Of a DNA stretch of 64,000 nt, positions 61,691 to 64,000 are shown in pieces. The notes below the pieces were generated by a model. That model worked only from the letters and a program-made list of their open reading frames with translations, ran no database searches and was not told the DNA's origin. Position numbers and translations under genes: made by a program. Where the stretch lies: contig NC_083410.1 of NCBI RefSeq assembly GCF_020745735.1, positions 4,004,117 to 4,068,116 of the forward strand, given 5' to 3'. Every line of letters starts with the position of its first letter. Within the stretch, counting starts at the first letter, position 1. The stretch is from Hemiscyllium ocellatum (taxonomy: Eukaryota).

Positions 61691-63289
61691 GGCACACACT
61701 GTGATCCTCTTCCCAGGAATATTCACAGTGGGAGAGGCTTCCTGACAATCCACAACAGATGAGAAGATCGGAACTGGGAAGGGTCTGCTGCATTAGAAAC
61801 AGTAGCAAGGCAGCATTTAGAGGGGCAAGATTTTCCCAAAGATCGACAGAGATCCAGCCTCTCCAGCCTCAGCTAACTGAAGCCTCTCCACAGGTAAGGG
61901 TCCTGGGGGGTCAGAGTTGGGGGGAAATGGGGAGTCTCTCTCTCCATTCCCTGGAGACAGTAATTTTACCATGTACGTTTGAACAAAAGTCCCCAACATC
62001 TAAAGTACTGGACAAACCTCTGGACTTTTCAAAACTTTTAATAAGCAAATGAAAGCTGGAATGTATCCTGTGGAGAACACACAAACCCAACCCATAGATC
62101 TGAACTGGCTGTCTGGAACCTTTGCTCAGCCTGCATTTCCAATATACACATCATCTCTGTAAGAACAATCAACTGAAACAGACTCTGGCCTGAGGCTGCT
62201 TTTACACCTCAGTCTCCCCAGAACAGACAGCATGGGGCCTGCAGAGATACCAGACATTCAACTCCAACCAAAATCCATTCACACACACTCTGAACAATTA
62301 GGAAAGCAATTGATTTCAAAAGAAAGACCAGAAAGCATAAGTTTGGCGTGAAGATAAGGGGCTCACAATTAGTATAGTTGCAGGACCTGACCTCCCCCTA
62401 GACAGCAATCCTCTTATAGCAATCCCCAGATGAGATCACCCCCCCCCCCGGAAATGTTCCAAAGTGTGACTTCCAGATGAAGAATTCCAACAGCTCATTC
62501 CAAGAGCCACTGACACAGGCCTGTTCTGAAACAAAGGAATCCACAGAGACCAATCACAAACAACAAATCCAAAAACTGACAAACCCCAAAAACCAGTGAC
62601 CTGATTGACACCACAAGGTCTCAGATACATCCTGAGGTGAAACCCAGGCCTGGAAAACCAGCAGAAAGGAAAGAAATCCAAGCCCCGATAGATCCACTAC
62701 CCACCATACTGCATCAGCAGATTCAACTCAGACTGATAGGCCTTCGCAGCCTACAGTCTTCACCCACGCTCTGGGCACAGCAAGCAGGAACAGCCAGCTG
62801 TACATCAAAAACAGCATTTTCCTCAGCGGTGAGCTGAAACTCCCGAGACTCTCAGGTTTCTAACCGAGCCAGCAGGGAGGGGGAACTGGGAGATGACAGT
62901 GCATTGGGACACTAAGGGTAGGAAGCCTGATTAAAGTTTCTATGATTAAAACTGTTGGTTTTTGGTTTTAATAGTATTTAACCTGGCTCATTGTGTAATT
63001 AACAGTATTACTGCTGTCTGCAGAATTGATTATGTCAATTTTCCTGTTTATTGCATTAACCCGCATCTCTATTATTATACTTGCTTTTTGTATTGTAAAT
63101 GGACAGAAAGATTCTTTGGCCCTGACATACCTGACTGCAGTCTTCTTCATTTCAGATTTCCTCAATAAGTCCAGTGTCTACAACCAGGAATCTGCAGGTG
63201 ATTGGAACCACTTAAAAATCAAACATTTCCTGACAGAAAATCAGAAACCTGCCCGCGCAGCCACTGCTGCCTGACACAAAAGCAAAACA

Positions 63290-64000
63290 GGAAAAGTGGC
63301 TGAACCATGACTTACATGGCAAATTAGAGACAATATGAGATCCAAGGAAGAGACAAAAAAATTGGCCTGGGAAATAACAGCCCCGGCAAGTGATTAATTA
63401 ATAATTAAATGGAAGAGGAAATAATGCATGAGAGTTAGCTTGAGGGGAAACTGACTGTAAAGGTTTCTGCAGGAATGTGAAGAGAAAAAGATTTTTGAAG
63501 ACTGCAAGGGACCTCCACGAAGGAATTTATAATGGGGAACAAAAAGTGGCTGACCAACAAATTACATCTTTGAATCTGTGTTCACAAAGGACGCAGGCAA
63601 AATATCAGAAATATTCAAAATCTCAGGGTTAAGTGAAAGGGAGAAACTGAAGGAAATCAGGATTACAGGGAAATGATGCTGGGAAAATTTCTGGGATTTC
63701 AGGATGGCAAATCCCCAGGCTGATAACCAACTTTGCAGAGCACTTAAGGAAGTTTCTATAATAGTAGTGATTTCATTGGTGATCGAGTCATAGAGTCATA
63801 CATTGCAGGAAAGGCCCTTCATGCAGTTGATGCTGTACTGACAATAACCACCACTAAACGCACTGTAATCCCAATTTCCTGTACTTCTCCTATATCTTTG
63901 GTCATCTTCTGAGTTAGTACAAACTCCAGAACAGTCCCATTGAGATGAGAGGCTAGCTAATGTAACCCCACTGTGTAATAAAGGGAGGCAGAGAGAAAAG
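63290..64000 (+). mobile_element. Decayed CR1 fragments
   Basis: ctgtgttcacaaagga...aaatccccaggc...cttaagga pattern of CR1 ORF2. Confidence 0.6.

Noticed and set aside
61970-62077. Minus-strand exon candidate (ccacag|...|gtaaaa) upstream of gene C
   Set aside because: No signal-peptide character or ATG in the open frame; a better leader lies at 61412-61456.

Overview
Eukaryotic genomic DNA from a cartilaginous fish, most likely a shark (HE1-type SINEs, dense CR1 LINEs, Penelope elements with hairpin derivatives, Gmr1-type Gypsy elements). Most of the window is decayed transposon sequence. Embedded in it is a cluster of non-rearranging antigen-receptor-like immunoglobulin-superfamily genes whose V exons already carry a fused J motif, a very short CDR3 and no RSS. 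Gene A (+, 21654-39392) can be reconstructed by hand with matching splice phases: V1-V2-V3-TM-cyt1-cyt2-cyt3, ending in two tyrosine motifs (CHYTEV and the canonical ITIM LEYAVI). The six-frame ORF track misses its TM and tail exons. V1 has a CGA>TGA stop and V3 an 8-nt deletion, while V2, the TM and the tail are open. Two further decayed members lie on the minus strand. Gene B has a V exon at 51319-51633 and a candidate Asp-containing TM exon at 50772-50871. Gene C has a leader at 61412-61456 and a V exon at 60904-61236. Between them is an old head-to-head inverted duplication of a CpG/NRF1 promoter unit (about 54300-59690). Upstream of gene A, one Gmr1-like element sits inside another with a 4-bp TSD. 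All alignments and identities were judged by eye, and TE boundaries are approximate.
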